Shown here one piece after another: positions 12,266-26,071 of a DNA stretch of 64,000 bases. The translations under genes were made by a program, and so were the position numbers. This stretch comes from Piromyces finnis finn. Its lineage: Eukaryota; Fungi; Neocallimastigomycota. The notes beneath the pieces were generated by a model. It saw only the letters and a program-made list of their open reading frames with translations. It had not been told where the DNA came from and did not search any database. The stretch lies in contig MCFH01000051.1 of NCBI GenBank assembly GCA_002104945.1, positions 248,001 through 312,000 of the forward strand, given 5' to 3'. The stretch's first letter is position 1. Every line of letters starts with the position of its first letter.

Positions 12266-12675
12266 CGATATCTATATGTAATGTATTCTATATATGTTTT
12301 TCTTTTATAAAAATAATTTATCCTTTTTTATCTATATAAATAATTAAAGTACTGAATATTTTATGATATTCAATAAATTACTATTTATATAATAAATAAT
12401 TAATCTATATTATATAATTAACTATTTAATGATACAAAATATAATATTACAACAAAAAAATTTTAATTAGTTAATTTATATGAAAAAGAGGGATTAACAT
12501 GTTTAAAATTTTATGTTTTAATTATCTTAATATATATTTATTTGAGGAATAGGTTAAATTAATATATTGTTAAAAGAAATTAAAAAAGTCACATAATTTT
12601 TATATTATTAATGTGATAAATGAATTAAAGTCTTGAAAAAATAATTTAAAATAATTTATGTCTTATCCCAATGTT

Positions 12676-14440
12676 TTAACATGAGAAATTAATAGTACAC
12701 CATTCACCATTTTCAACACCCCAACGTGAAGTTTTATCTTCAACACTAACATTACAGTGACTACAACATGGGTAATCAGTCTTTGGACATCCTTCTTTTC
12801 CAGTCTTACATAATGAAGTTTTAATACCACACCATTCACCATTCTTAACACCCCAATCACCATGTTCATCAGATTCAATAACATTACAATTTTCACAACA
12901 TTCGTATCCAAAGACAGAAGACCAACATTCATCTTTTTCTATTGGTTCTTCCTTTATTGGTTCTTCTTTTGGTGAATATTTTCCAGTTTTATTGTATTCA
13001 GCAGCTTCCTTGTTTATTTCATCGATATCAAAACCATATGATTTACAAGCGAAAGCAATTCTCTTTGAAATCCAGTTCTTTAAACCAATCTTGAATTGAT
13101 CTTCGGAAGTTACAGTGAAACTTTCTTCAAATTCTTCGAGAGTATGAACGGATGGTTGACCGATAAGATTAATAGCACCTGGGTAAGTACCATCGTCATT
13201 TGGAGTAATGGTTTTTTTAACATATGGTAAAATAATTTTCTTAATTTCTTCAATACGGTTGAAAAGGAATTCTTCATTAAATCCAGTAACTAAAAGTTCA
13301 CGAAGAGTTTTTTTGAATAATGTCTTGTTTTTATCATCAAAGTAAGTTAAATCAAGCAAATGCTTCTTACGTTTTACTAATTTTTCAAATGGGGCTTCAG
13401 TAATATCAATTGGATCATTTCCCATTGCGTAAACATAAGAAACAAAAAGATTATTACCAAAAGTATTATCAAAGTCATTTAAAATTAAATCCCAAATACC
13501 ATTTTCCTTTTGATAAACAAAGTAATTATGACCATTTGTAACATAATGATCGTATGAACCAACTAAATATTCAAAAACAACATTCTTCATAAAGAGATCA
13601 ACATTAAAGACCTTTCTTAATTCTTCAACACTCTTAGCATTATCAAGACTAGTTATAAATTCATCTAAAGGTTGAGTGTAATTAGCATATTCTTCAACAG
13701 CATTGAAACAATGATCTTTTGATTCAGCATTTAAATCAGCACTGTCTTTTTTACAATTGAAAAGACCCTTCATTTCAACATTTTCTGGAAGTTCATATTC
13801 TTGTTGAATCCATTCTGGTTTAATTGTACTTTGAAGTAAGAATAAACCGAAGTAAATATCATTAACATAAACTTCAACATATGCACTTTGAAGGGTTGGA
13901 ACATTAAAACGATATAATAATTCCATTGAAAGTTTTGTACGCATGACAGTGAAGTCAGTTGGGTCTGGTCTTAATCTTAAGTATTTTTGATCGAATAAGC
14001 GGTCATCATCCTTAAGCTTAATATTAAAACCGACTCTGTCATTAGTTCTACTCCAGTTACCACCAGTTTTGACGGTAGCTTTCTTAAAAGTTTTAACTTT
14101 ACTAATTTATATATATATATTAATTAGTAATTATATATAAATTTTAGTAATATTTTATAGTAAAATATAATATTTACCCATCAAGTTCGTATTTAATAGT
14201 AGTTTTAATTTCAAAATCTGGAAGGCATGAAGCATCTCCTTCACATTGGAAAACAATATTTTCATAATTAAGTTGAGCAACTTTAACAAATTCTTGATAT
14301 TCTTCATCGCTCATTTTAATTTTTATTGCTGGAACTTTATTTTCAATACTTTTGAATATATTTTTACTATCAGTTGAAAATTGGATTTCCTTTCCAAATA
14401 CAACTGATAATAATAAAACAAATAAAATTATAGCATTCAT
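12676..14440 (-). CDS. Secreted CotH-family kinase with two C-terminal fungal dockerin (CBM10/NCDD) domains; join(14440..14178,14101..12676)
   Basis: Signal peptide MNAIILFVLLLSVVFG. The splice restores the frame through KTGGNWSR...GFNIKL. CotH motifs: GSYDHY...HNYFVY and NDFDNTFG. Two C-x-C-C...WGVENGEWC dockerin repeats. Confidence 0.9.
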
Positions 14441-15197
14441 TTTATTATATTATTATATTTTTATATATTCTTATTATTAAAATAACTTATTCCTAAAACT
14501 TATTCCTATTATTATTATTATTATTTCTTTTAAATTTATTTAATTTGTTTTATTATTTTTATGCTTAAAAATTATTAATTTCCTGTATCAGAAATATTAT
14601 GCTATTTTTTATTCTTTTTATATTGATTTTAAACATTAATATTTTATTTAATAATGTATTAATTTTAATATATATAAATATTAAAATAGTATACTTTTCA
14701 ATTTAATATAATTGAATTTTTCTTTTTTTTTTTAGTATTATTTGCTATTTATTAATTTAAGAATAATTATGGATTTGATGGATTATATTTAATTTATTTA
14801 TTGATATATTTGTGTAACATTAATTATAAATATTAACAGAACTTTTATTAATTAACAAAGTTTAATTAATATATTAGTCAATAATGTATTGTTCTTTGTA
14901 ACCTTAAAGTATATAAAATAATAAAAATAATAAATTAGTTTATATCTAGATTTTGGACCGATTAAGCCAGACATTTTAACCAGAAGAAATTTGACCTCTG
15001 CCAGATTTTCATGCAGAAAAATTCAAAAATTTCAAAAATCAGGAAAAAAAATCAAAGTAACTACTAATTCCTTAGGATATTAAAATATTTTTAAAAAATA
15101 TATAAAATCAAAATTCAATTTATAAAAAAAAGTCATTCTTCTATATAGTCTGCTAATAAAATGATTATATTTTTTTAGTATTTAAGATAATTATAAT

Positions 15198-15691
15198 TTT
15201 TTTTTTTTTTTTAGACTTCCATATATCCTCATCTAACCCCCCTGAGTTATATATGGTATGTGATTGTACATTATTGTACATTGCCATATCAGAACGACGT
15301 CGGCACAATCATCCCTCTGGGCAGGGCTAATATGGAATGGCTTATTGCTCTTAACGATCCTATCACACAAAGACCGAGCTACCAACACCAGTGATCTCCT
15401 GAACCTTTATTGGCGAAGGATGATTAACGATGAGAACAACCCTCAAAGACCATAGTTAGTAATCTGTGAATTAATTGATACCCCTACCTACATATACTCT
15501 AAACTTCAGTGGGAAAACCGCTTGATACGGAGAAAACTACCAATCTGAATTAGCTGCTTAGGATAGAGTCCGGTGGTATAGTTATACTTACCTGAATTGA
15601 CCTTTAACTCCTATACTTTAAGCGCAAACCTGAAACAGGAAAATCGCTAAAGAACTGTCAATGGCGGGGGTCGAACCAGAAGCCTTATGAA
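15198..15691 (-). mobile_element. Non-coding poly(A)-tailed retroinsertion, candidate tRNA-related SINE
   Basis: GC-richer island. Poly(T) at 15197-15212 is the 3' poly(A). Identical 15-bp flanks TAAGATAATTATAAT at 15183-15197 and 15692-15706. B-box-like GGTTCGACCCC (minus strand, 15677-15667) lies 14 nt from the 5' end. Confidence 0.75.
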
Positions 15692-17556
15692 TAAGATAAT
15701 TATAATAAAGTAATATCATTATTCATAAAAATGCACAAACTTTAAATTTTATTGGTAAATATATAATAAAATTTCTAATTAATGAATTATATAAATTATA
15801 TCATTATATATTAAGAGAATTTATTTGTTCAAACTTTAATTATTATAAACATAAAATTCATTTTTAATTCATAATTTTTATTGACCAAATTATATTACTA
15901 TTAAATGTTCTAAAATGATCAACAGTCGATCAATTAATTAATTACCTAAGACATTTTCATTTCTACCATTTTAAAGTATAAATTAAATTTGTTTCATTTT
16001 ATTTAAGATGTTATAAATTAAAATTTTATTTTCTAGAAGCTATTATTTTTCAACTATAAAAATTAATATAATTTTAAATTACTAATCCTATAATTCAGAC
16101 AAAGTAGCACAAGGCAAAGTTGATATTTAAAAAAAATTTTTTTAATGACTAAATAAAATTCTTTATTATATATAATTATGTAAAAACTCATTTTAATTGA
16201 ATTAAGTGGAATGAGGTGTATATTCAAAGTCTTTTTTGAAGATTTAAGAATTTAATGTTAAAAAAATCAAATTCTAGTATCTAATCCATCATAAAGCCAC
16301 AATTATATATAAGTTTTTAATAAGAATAACTTATATTAAAAATTTTTTTTATGTTAACATTTCTATAACCCTTAAATAATATGATTATATTAAATCAAAT
16401 ATAGTAGTCCGTTTAGTGATTAAAAATTCAAAAGCTTATTTAATAATAAAATGAATAAAAATATTAGTTAATAATTATTAATAAATAATTAATAAAATAT
16501 TGCTAATTATAATAACAATATTTTAATATATTATATTGAATGGTATAAAAGAAATGATAAAAAATATTTTTACTATTTATTTCATTAAATGGAAAAAGGT
16601 CTACATTAAAATATAAAAAACCTCTGTTTATTATTAAAATATAATTTTATTTATAAATTTTTATTATATAAAAAATAATATAGAGGATTTACTATTAAAA
16701 TTATCATTCATATGAAAATACATCTTCATTTTTTCAATAACTTTAAAGGTGTTAATATTATATTAATTTACATTTAAAATCATTAAATAATATTGTATTT
16801 TTTAAAGAATAAATATAAATAGTAAGAAATCATTTATAATAATAATACTTTTATTTATTTTAATGAAAAAACAACTGTTATAAAGGCAAAAATATAGTAT
16901 TTTTAAATATTTTGGAAATGCTGATTATATATACTTTACTTTTGTTAATCTTCATTTTTAGCATATAAATTTTGATAAATGTAAAATAAATCATTTTATT
17001 ATTAATACATAGCAATTTTATAATTTATTTTTTATTTAATGTTTTTATATTACCATTTTTAATTATAATTTTATTTTATATTTATTATAGATGTTTATTT
17101 TTAATCTTTTCTTTTTTTAGGTAAAATCATAAACTTTTTTTTTTACTTTGTGTAACATTTAAATTTTGATCTTGTCAATTGTATTTTAATCAAAATAAAT
17201 AAAACAATTAAAATTTGTGTATTTTATTAAAACTGACTTTTGATATTTTTATTTTTTTTATAAACTGATTATTTTATAATAATTAACTTAATGATTAGAA
17301 AACCTTTTAAATTTTGAATAATGATAAAAATTAATAATTAATTATTATTATAAAAGCAAATATTCATGTACAAATTATTTATTTAACCACCATAGTTAGA
17401 TATGTTTTATGTAATATATAAGACTTTATAATTTTTATATTATCATAAATTCTTTATATTAATAATTGTTGATAATAAAAATAACTTTCAATAGATGTAA
17501 ATATAAATTTATGATTGTGAAATAGATACTGCTAAAAATTCCATATATTTATTTTT

Positions 17557-17557
<1 letters not shown>

Positions 17558-17608
<51 letters not shown>

Positions 17609-17670
17609 ATATATAAATATATAAATAAATAAATAAATAACTAAATAAATAACTAAATAAATATATAAAT
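17558..17670. repeat. (TAAA)n microsatellite, degenerate at the right end
   Basis: Directly visible. It explains the spurious FIYL-repeat ORF at 17532-17759. Confidence 0.95.
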
Positions 17671-18352
17671 AAAATTAATGGAAATTTAAAAAATTTAGCG
17701 GTATTATTATTTCCATAACCTATGTTTTTATTATGATTTTTTAATAATAATAACAACAATTAGAATAGTAAATCAAAATTTGTGTTTACTTTATTGTTAA
17801 TAAAGACATGATTTCTTCTTATTATTGTTAATAATAAATGAAATTTATATTTTTATTAAACAAAAGTAATATTGTAATTATTTCAAAATGGAGAATAAAT
17901 TATAAATTTTATTTAAACTAAATATTTTAAAAATCTTAAATACATAAATTATAATACATTTTCAATTTGAAACCAAAACGTTAATGCTTTGATTGATTAA
18001 AACCAATCTTCAATAAATATGATTGGCTAAAATGTTAAAATTTTAAATGTTTTTTTAAAAAAAATAATATTATACAAAAGTGATAGAGAATAAAAATATT
18101 AATAATAATATAAGAGGAAACATTGTATTGTAATAAATAAATATCAATATAAAGAGAATGTATATAATGTGCACTTTTCTTTAAATATCTCAATATGTAT
18201 TATCAGTTATTATATTATTTAAATTATTTAAACCATAAATTATAATTTAAAATTTATTATAATATTAAAAATATTAATAGATTTATCTTAATATATTGAA
18301 GTATATTTTAATATATTGGTGATTTAGTTTTTAATAATCCAAATTAAAATTT

Positions 18353-18386
<34 letters not shown>

Positions 18387-18644
18387 ACAAATAAGAAATA
18401 TTTCTTTAAAAAAAATAAATTTAAAAATCTCTTAATAATGAAGAGTTATTAATTGATTTGAAATTAACATATTTTTTAGAATACATATTATTTATTTATT
18501 TATTTAATTCAATTTCTTTTTTTAATTTATATAATTTATTTTTTTGAAAAATAGAATAATTCTCAAATCAATAATAATTCATAAACAGTATTTAAATTAT
18601 TTATATTCATTCGATAGCTTTAATTAATAATTGTATTATGCAAA

Positions 18645-21600
18645 ATGGCAAAAAATAATTCTAAAAAGATTGAAAATACTAAAGAAAAGAAGGAAAAAAT
18701 TGAAGATATGGAAGTTGATTTCCCAAGAGGTGGTGAATCTTCTTTAACTCCAATGGAATATAGAGATATCACAGAACAAGTTAATAAGGATCTTTTTGAA
18801 CAAAAAGAAGAATCAGCTGATAAGAATAAAAAGAAGAAGAGAAAGAGTAATGTTGAAGAATCAACAACTGAAAGTAAAAAACAAAAAATAGATAATTCTA
18901 TCCGTCTTCTCAATTTCAAAGTAAAATATTTAAAAAATTTTTAAATATTAAATTATTAAATTTAGATTAATATCAAATTAAAATATTAATGAAAATTATC
19001 TTATATAATTGATGTAATTTAAATTGTTAAAGCGCCTTCAAGTTGGAATGTGCATATTAGGTGCTATTAAAGAAATTAATGAATTAGAATTAGTCATATC
19101 TTTAACTAATGGTTTAACAGGTTTTGTTGCAATTACTGAAATTTCAGAAGAAATCTCAAAAATTGCCGAACAAGTTGCTAATGATGATGCAGATGAAGTA
19201 ATATAAACTTAAATTATATTCTTATATATTTGTATTGTTATATCAATAAGAATTCTAATAAATTTGTATATAAATTTTTATTTTATACAATTAATAATTT
19301 ATTATTTTTAATTAATAATAGGATGAATTACCAGAATTAAATTCATTATTCACTGTAGGTCAATTAATTGCTTGTGCTATTTCTGAATTATCAGATGCTG
19401 GTAACAAAAAGAAGATTAGTTTATCTGTTAAACCTTCAATTGTTAATTCATCACTTAAAGCTAAGGATGTTTCTTCTGGAATGGTAATTTTTAATTTCTT
19501 CGTTTATTTTTTATATTTTGTAAAAATATATATATTAATTATATAAAATATGTAATTATAATTATAAATTATTTACAAAAGATGTTAAATGCTGAAGTTG
19601 TCAGCAAAGAAGATCATGGTTATATTATGAGTGTTGGTCTTGAAGGTGTAAATGCTTTCTTAAATAACAAAAATATACCAGAAGATGGTAATTAAATTTA
19701 TGTTAAATTGATTTTTTTATAATTAATTATTAAAATTATATTTTATATAAAAACTTTTTTATTTTAGTTTCTTTAACTGTTGGTCAAGTTATTTCTTGTG
19801 GAGTTGTTAGCATTGATAGTGGTTTCCGTACTATTCAATTAACTCTTAAAAAGGAAGCAATTATTAAATCATTCGTATGTTTATTATATTCACTTTTGAA
19901 ATACATAAAAAAATAAAAATAAAAATATTAATAAAACAATATATTTTATAAATATTTAAAATTTATCAATAAAGATTCCAAATAACAGCAGTCCATCATT
20001 AACTTCATTAAAACCAGGTGCATTAGTAAATGTTACTGTTAAGAAAGTAATGGAAAGTGGTTTACAATGTCTCTTCTGTGGTATTTTTAACTCTACTATT
20101 GACTTCTTTAATTTATCAACTGAAAAACCAATTCAACAATTATATAAGGAAAAACAAAAGGTAAATGAATATGACAAAATTTATGTATATATATTTCAAA
20201 AATTAACTAATCATTGTTTTAAAATTTAATTATATCATAATACATCAAAAACAAAAAAGATCCATGCTAGAATTATATATATCAATTATACCAAGTTAAA
20301 AATAGGTTTGTCACTTAATAGTAATTTAATTAATTATGAGCCAGTTTCATTCCCAGATATTAGGATTGGTTCTATCATTGATAATGTCGAAGTTAAACGT
20401 GTTGATGAATCTATTGGTACATTAGTTTCTTTTAATGGTGGTGATCAAGGTTACGTTCATGTGAGTAATTTTATTATTAACTAAATATGTATCTTTAAAT
20501 AAGGTTTTCGAATATGATTTATTAATACTATATATATTTACTAATTAAATAAAAAATTTAATGTTTTCCTTAAAGGTTTCTCGTCTTGATGATAAACAAG
20601 TTGATAATATTGCCAAAAAGTTCAGTGTAGGTAGTACACATAAGGGTAGAGTTGTTGGTTTAGACTACTTTGGTAATATTGTTCACCTTTCATTCCAAAA
20701 ATCTATTTTAAATGTTAAATACTTTACTTACGAAGATATTGAAGTTGGTTCTATTATTAAGGTATTATTCGTTATTATTACAAAATAATTTTTTAAATAC
20801 ATTAATATTAATTATTAATAATTAATATACAAATATTTAAAAATAATTATAAAAGGGTACTGTTTACAAATTAGGTACTTTTGGTTTACTTGTAAGTATT
20901 AATGATCAAATTAAAGCCTTATGTCCAAAGAGACACTTTTCAGATGTTCAATTAAAGAACCCAGAAAAGAAGTTTAAGATTGATTCACAAGTTAAATTTA
21001 GAGTATTAGAAGTTATTCCAAAATTAAAGAAGGTTATTATTACATTAAGAAAATCATTAGTTGATTCAACTTTACCAATTATTTCTTCATACGACAATAT
21101 TGAAAAAGGTATGATTACTATGGGTGTCATTGAAGCTGTAAAACCTTTTGGTTGTATTGTAAAATTCTATAATCAAGTTCACGGATTATGTCCAATTCAT
21201 GAATTGAGTGAAGATTTCATCAAAAATCCAGAAGATCATTTCCATATTAATCAAGTTGTTAAATGTAGAGTTATGGACTTTGATAAGGAAGGTTCTAAGT
21301 TACGTGTTAGTTTTAAATTATTAAATGTTGAACAACAAGAAAATTATGATAAGGCAAAAATTGGTGACATTATTAATGGTAAGGTTATTTACCGTGTTGA
21401 CGATGGTGCTTTAATTGAATTAAATAATATGAATGGTTTAAGAGGTTTCCTTCCAAAAACACACATGAGTGACTTTGAAGCTAATGCTGAAATTATTCAT
21501 AATCAACTCAAAGAAGGTACATTATTAAATAATCTTATGGTTCTTTATAAGGATGATAGTAATAATCAAATTTTCTTAACTATGAAGAAGTTATTAGTAG

Positions 21601-24600
21601 ATGCTCATAAAGCTAAACAATTACCAGAAACTTTTGAGCAAATTAAGGCTAATACATTAATTCCAGGTTATGTTAAATATATTACCAAGGCTTACGCTAT
21701 TATTTCCTTCTTAAATGATTTAGTTGGTGTTGCTATTAAAGATAATGTATCAGATGATTATGTTAAAAATGTTGAAGACAAACTTAAACTTGGTAAAACT
21801 GTTCTTGCTTTAGTTACTGAAGTTGACAAAGAAAAGAAACACTTTAACCTTAGTTTAAAGTTATCTGAATGTGCTAAAGCTGATAATGCTTCTAAGTATT
21901 TAAATAAGGACTTAAGTGACTACTTTGAAGCTTTAGATGAAATATCTGCTACTAACTTTGAAGCAAAGAAAGAAAAATCAAAAAAGAAGAACCTTACTTC
22001 ATGGAAGAATCTTTCTATTGGTGGTCCAGTTGAAGGTTTTATTAAGACAAATGTTCCAGCAGGTACTGTTGTTGAATTAAAGGGTAAAATTACTGGTCTT
22101 ATATTAAAGGATCATTTCAATGGCGAAGAAAAGGATAAGAAGATAGGTGCCTCTGTTAAGGGTAGAGTTATGGATCTTGATATTAGCAATAATGTTGTTA
22201 ATATTACAATGTTACCAGATTTAGTTAAGGGTAAAGCAAAGATTCCAAAAGAATTAACTACAAAGGGCAAAAATGTTGATGCTACTGTTCAATTAGTTAA
22301 AAAGAATTACATTATTGTTTCATTACCAAAGTATAATAATCAAATTGCTTATCTTTCTGAAAATGGATATAATAAATCAGAAATTAACCATGTTAGCAAA
22401 TATTCAATTGGTCAAACTGTTAATGCTACTACTGATGGAGTTTTCAAGGGTAATAATGATGCCAATATTGAGAGATTACTTTTAAAGTTAAATGCCTCAG
22501 CTAAAAAGAATGTTGCTGATACTCGTCGTTTAATCAAAGATCCAATTGACAGTTCAATTACTTCTTTAGATGATATTATTCCAGGTAGAGAAATAAAGGC
22601 AAGAATTAAGGGTGTTAAGAAGACTCAAATTAATATGACTCTTGGTTCTAACTTAAAGGGTCGTATTCATATTACTGAAGTTTATGATAAATATGAAGAT
22701 ATTAAGGATATTACAAAGCCATTAGCTGGTTTTAAGGCAGGTCAAGTAATTTCTTGCCGTGTTATTGGAATCTTAAATGCTAAGGGTTACAAGTATCTTC
22801 CATTAACTCACCAAAATCCAATTTCTCAAACTACTATTGAATTAAGTATTAAGCCAAGTCGTATGAATTTAGAACCAAACACTATGGGTGAACCAATTCT
22901 TGGTATTGACGATGTTAAAGTTGATTCTTTCATGGTTGGTGCTGTTGCTAATGTTACTGACAATGCTGTTTGGATGGCCGTTAGCCCACAATTACTTGGT
23001 AGAGTTGATTTATCTGAATTATCAAATGATATAAATATTGTTAATAGTTATAAGAAACACTTCTTAGAAGGTCAAATTTATCCATGCTTTATTTTAAACA
23101 AAAATACTAAGAAAGGATTACTTGATATTTCTATTAGAAATGCCGTTGAAGGCAAGAAAGAAAAGAAGAATATGGACAATGTTAAGGTTGGAGATGTTTT
23201 AATGGGTAAGATTATTAAGGTTCAAGAAAAAAGCGTTAATATCAAGATTAATAATGGTTTAATTGGTCGTGCATTTATTACTGATATTAATGATGTTTTT
23301 GAAAAGAATCCAACTAAGGATTTAAAGGTTGGTCAAGTTGTTTCCACTTATGTTTTAAATGTTGATAAAAATAACAAGCAACTTGATTTATCATTAAGAA
23401 AGTCTCGTATTACTAATGAAAAATGCACTGATAAGAATGCTGCTGCTGATGTTCAAACCTTAGAAGATGTTGAAGAAGGTATGGTCGTTTATGGTTATAT
23501 TAAACATGTTAGTGATAAGGGTTGTTTCGTATCCTTAAGTAGTCACTTAGATGCTCGTGTTAAAATTGCTGAACTTTCGGATCTTTTCGTTAAAGAATGG
23601 AAAACTCTTGTTAGTGTTGGTCAATTAGTTAAGGGTAAAGTTATTGTTATTGACAAACCAAATAAGAGAGTTGAATTAACTTTAAAGGAATCTATTGTTA
23701 GTCCAGAAACAGCTAAGAAAATTATTCAATGGTCTGATTTAAGTAAGGGTCAAAAGATAACTGGTACTATCAAGGGTATTGAAGAATTTGGTGTCTTTAT
23801 TCGTATTGATAACAGTAACATTAGTGGTCTTTGCCACAAAATGGAACTTAGCGATTCTTCTGTTAAAGATATAGCAAAGTTATATTCTGTTGGTGATAAG
23901 GTTAAGGCTTATATTTTAAAGGTTGATTTAGAAAAGAAACGTGTTTCCTTCAGTTTAAAGGCCTCTTACTTTGCTGATGATGAAGAAAGTGAAAATGAAG
24001 ATGCAATGGAAGAAGATGATAATGAAGAAACTATGGAAGATATTGAAAATGGAAGCGAAGATGAAGAAGAAAATGATAAAGATGATGAAGAAGATGATGA
24101 CGATGACGATGATGATGAAGAAGATGGTATGGACGTTGACAATGAAGCTACTATTGATAACAAACCAAAGAGTATTTTGAATGTCCCAGAATTAGAAATT
24201 AGTCAAAGATGGGATGATGACGATGATTCTGATAATGAAAAACTTAATATGAGTGATGATGAAGAAGATGAAGAAGATGAAGAAACTCAAAATGAAAGTG
24301 CCAAGAAATCTAAGAGAGCTAAGAAGCGTGAAAAGCTTGAACGTGAAGAAAAGATCCGTGAACAAGAAAAAATGATTCTTGATAATGACAAATTACCAGA
24401 AATGGCAGATGATTTTGAAAGATTATTATTAGGTTCACCAAACAGTTCTTTCATTTGGATTAAGTATATGGCCTTCCAATTACATATGGCTGAAGTTGAA
24501 AAGGCTAGACAAATTGCTGAACGTGCTTTAAAGACTATTAACTATCGTGAAGAACAAGAAAAGATGAATGTTTGGATTGCCTACTTGAATTTAGAAAATA

Positions 24601-25065
24601 GTTATGGTACCCAAGAAACCTTATTAAAGGTATTTGAAAGAGCAATTACCCTCTGTGAACCAAAGGATATTTACATGCAATTAGTTAAAATTTATGAAAG
24701 ATCTGAAAAGTTTGATTTAGCTGAACAACTCTATCAAACTATGATTAAGCGTTTCCGTGAAAGTAGTAAGGTCTGGTGTCAATGTGGTTTATTCTACCTT
24801 AAGAGAGATAAATTATCTGAATGTAGAAAAATTTTACAAAGAGCATTACAAAGTCTTGCAAAGCGTAAGCATATTAAGACTATTTGCAAATTTGCTCAAA
24901 TGGAATTCCGTTATGGTGAACCAGAACGTGGTCGTACCATTTTCGAAGGTATTATGAATAATTATCCAAAGCGTGTTGATTTATGGTCTATTTACTTAGA
25001 TATGGAAATTAGACAAGGTGATCAAAGTACTATTAGGTAAGCAAAATATAAAATATAAAATATAA

Positions 25066-25147
<82 letters not shown>

Positions 25148-25323
25148 TGTTTTATTTTTTATACAGACGCTTATTCGAAAGAGTTATACATATGAAGTTC
25201 TCTTCTAAGAAGATGAAGTTCTTCTTCAAGCGTTACCTTGAATATGAAAAGAAACATGGAGATGAAGAATCAATTGCTCATGTTAAGAATGCTGCTTTAG
25301 AATATATTCAATCCTTACAATAA
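18645..25323 (+). CDS. RRP5: rRNA biogenesis protein Rrp5 (S1 repeats + acidic linker + TPR/HAT repeats), 10 exons
   Basis: N-terminal DFPRGG motif, multiple S1 domains, and C-terminal DDFERLLLGSPNSSFIWIKYMAFQL and KMKFFFKRYLEYEKKHG. Exons: 18645-18920, 19033-19197, 19322-19483, 19582-19687, 19768-19874, 19975-20160, 20260-20460, 20576-20761, 20856-25036, 25167-25323. Confidence 0.96.
25066..25146. repeat. (AAT)27 microsatellite filling most of the last RRP5 intron (25037-25166)
   Basis: Directly visible. Confidence 0.95.
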
Positions 25324-25715
25324 ATGAAAAGAAATCATTAATTTATAAATTTCGCTATTATTTTAATAATTTTATTTTTTGTTATCGAAATTATAATTAA
25401 AATATCATTTTTTAAAATTTTAATATTTCCATATTTTTAAACTATAATTATCAGTGATACACCACCACTATTTTTTTTTTATTTATTTTATATTATTAGA
25501 ACATATTAAACTCATTTTTTAATTTTTAATAAAACTATTAAAGTAACATGTATTATAATATCATAACAATAAGAAAAAATATATATTTTTTTTCTTTTAA
25601 TAATATTTTTAGAATTAAATAAATAAATAAATAAATAAATTTTTTTTAATTAAAAAAAAAAAAAATTGAATGGTTTAGTATAATTGCATATTATTTTAAT
25701 TTAAAATAATAAAAC

Positions 25716-25749
<34 letters not shown>

Positions 25750-26071
25750 GTTTAATGTAGATGTGAAATTTATTTATATTTTATTAATATTTTATTTTAT
25801 TTTTTTTTTTTATTTTTTTTTTATATTATATATTTGCTATGTATATGTATATTAATTTTTTTATTTTATTTTATTATATATATTTCTATTTAATTTTATA
25901 ATTATTTTTTTATTTTTTTTATTTTTTTTTCTTTAGGCAAAATAACAATCATAAGATGTATTTATAAATATTTTGATGATCTTTTTTTTTTTTTTTTTAT
26001 GATTATTATTTTTCTCAAATTTATAAAGAAAAAAAAAAAAAAGTAATACTAAATACTAAAAATATAGATTT

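Noticed and set aside
12266-12290. Possible TSD for LINE copy 1 (ATCTATA shared with 6966-6972)
   Set aside because: Only 7 AT-rich bases, not placed flush with both junctions.
15584-15594. ATACTTACCTG, identical to the U1 snRNA 5' end
   Set aside because: The downstream U1 hallmarks (loop I GATCACGAAG, loop II ATTGCAC, Sm site) are absent. It lies inside the SINE-like insertion and is simply the reverse complement of a splice-donor consensus.
15660-15691. Possible tRNA gene
   Set aside because: Only a B-box-like T-loop is present; there is no D-arm or acceptor stem, and the T-stem pairs poorly.
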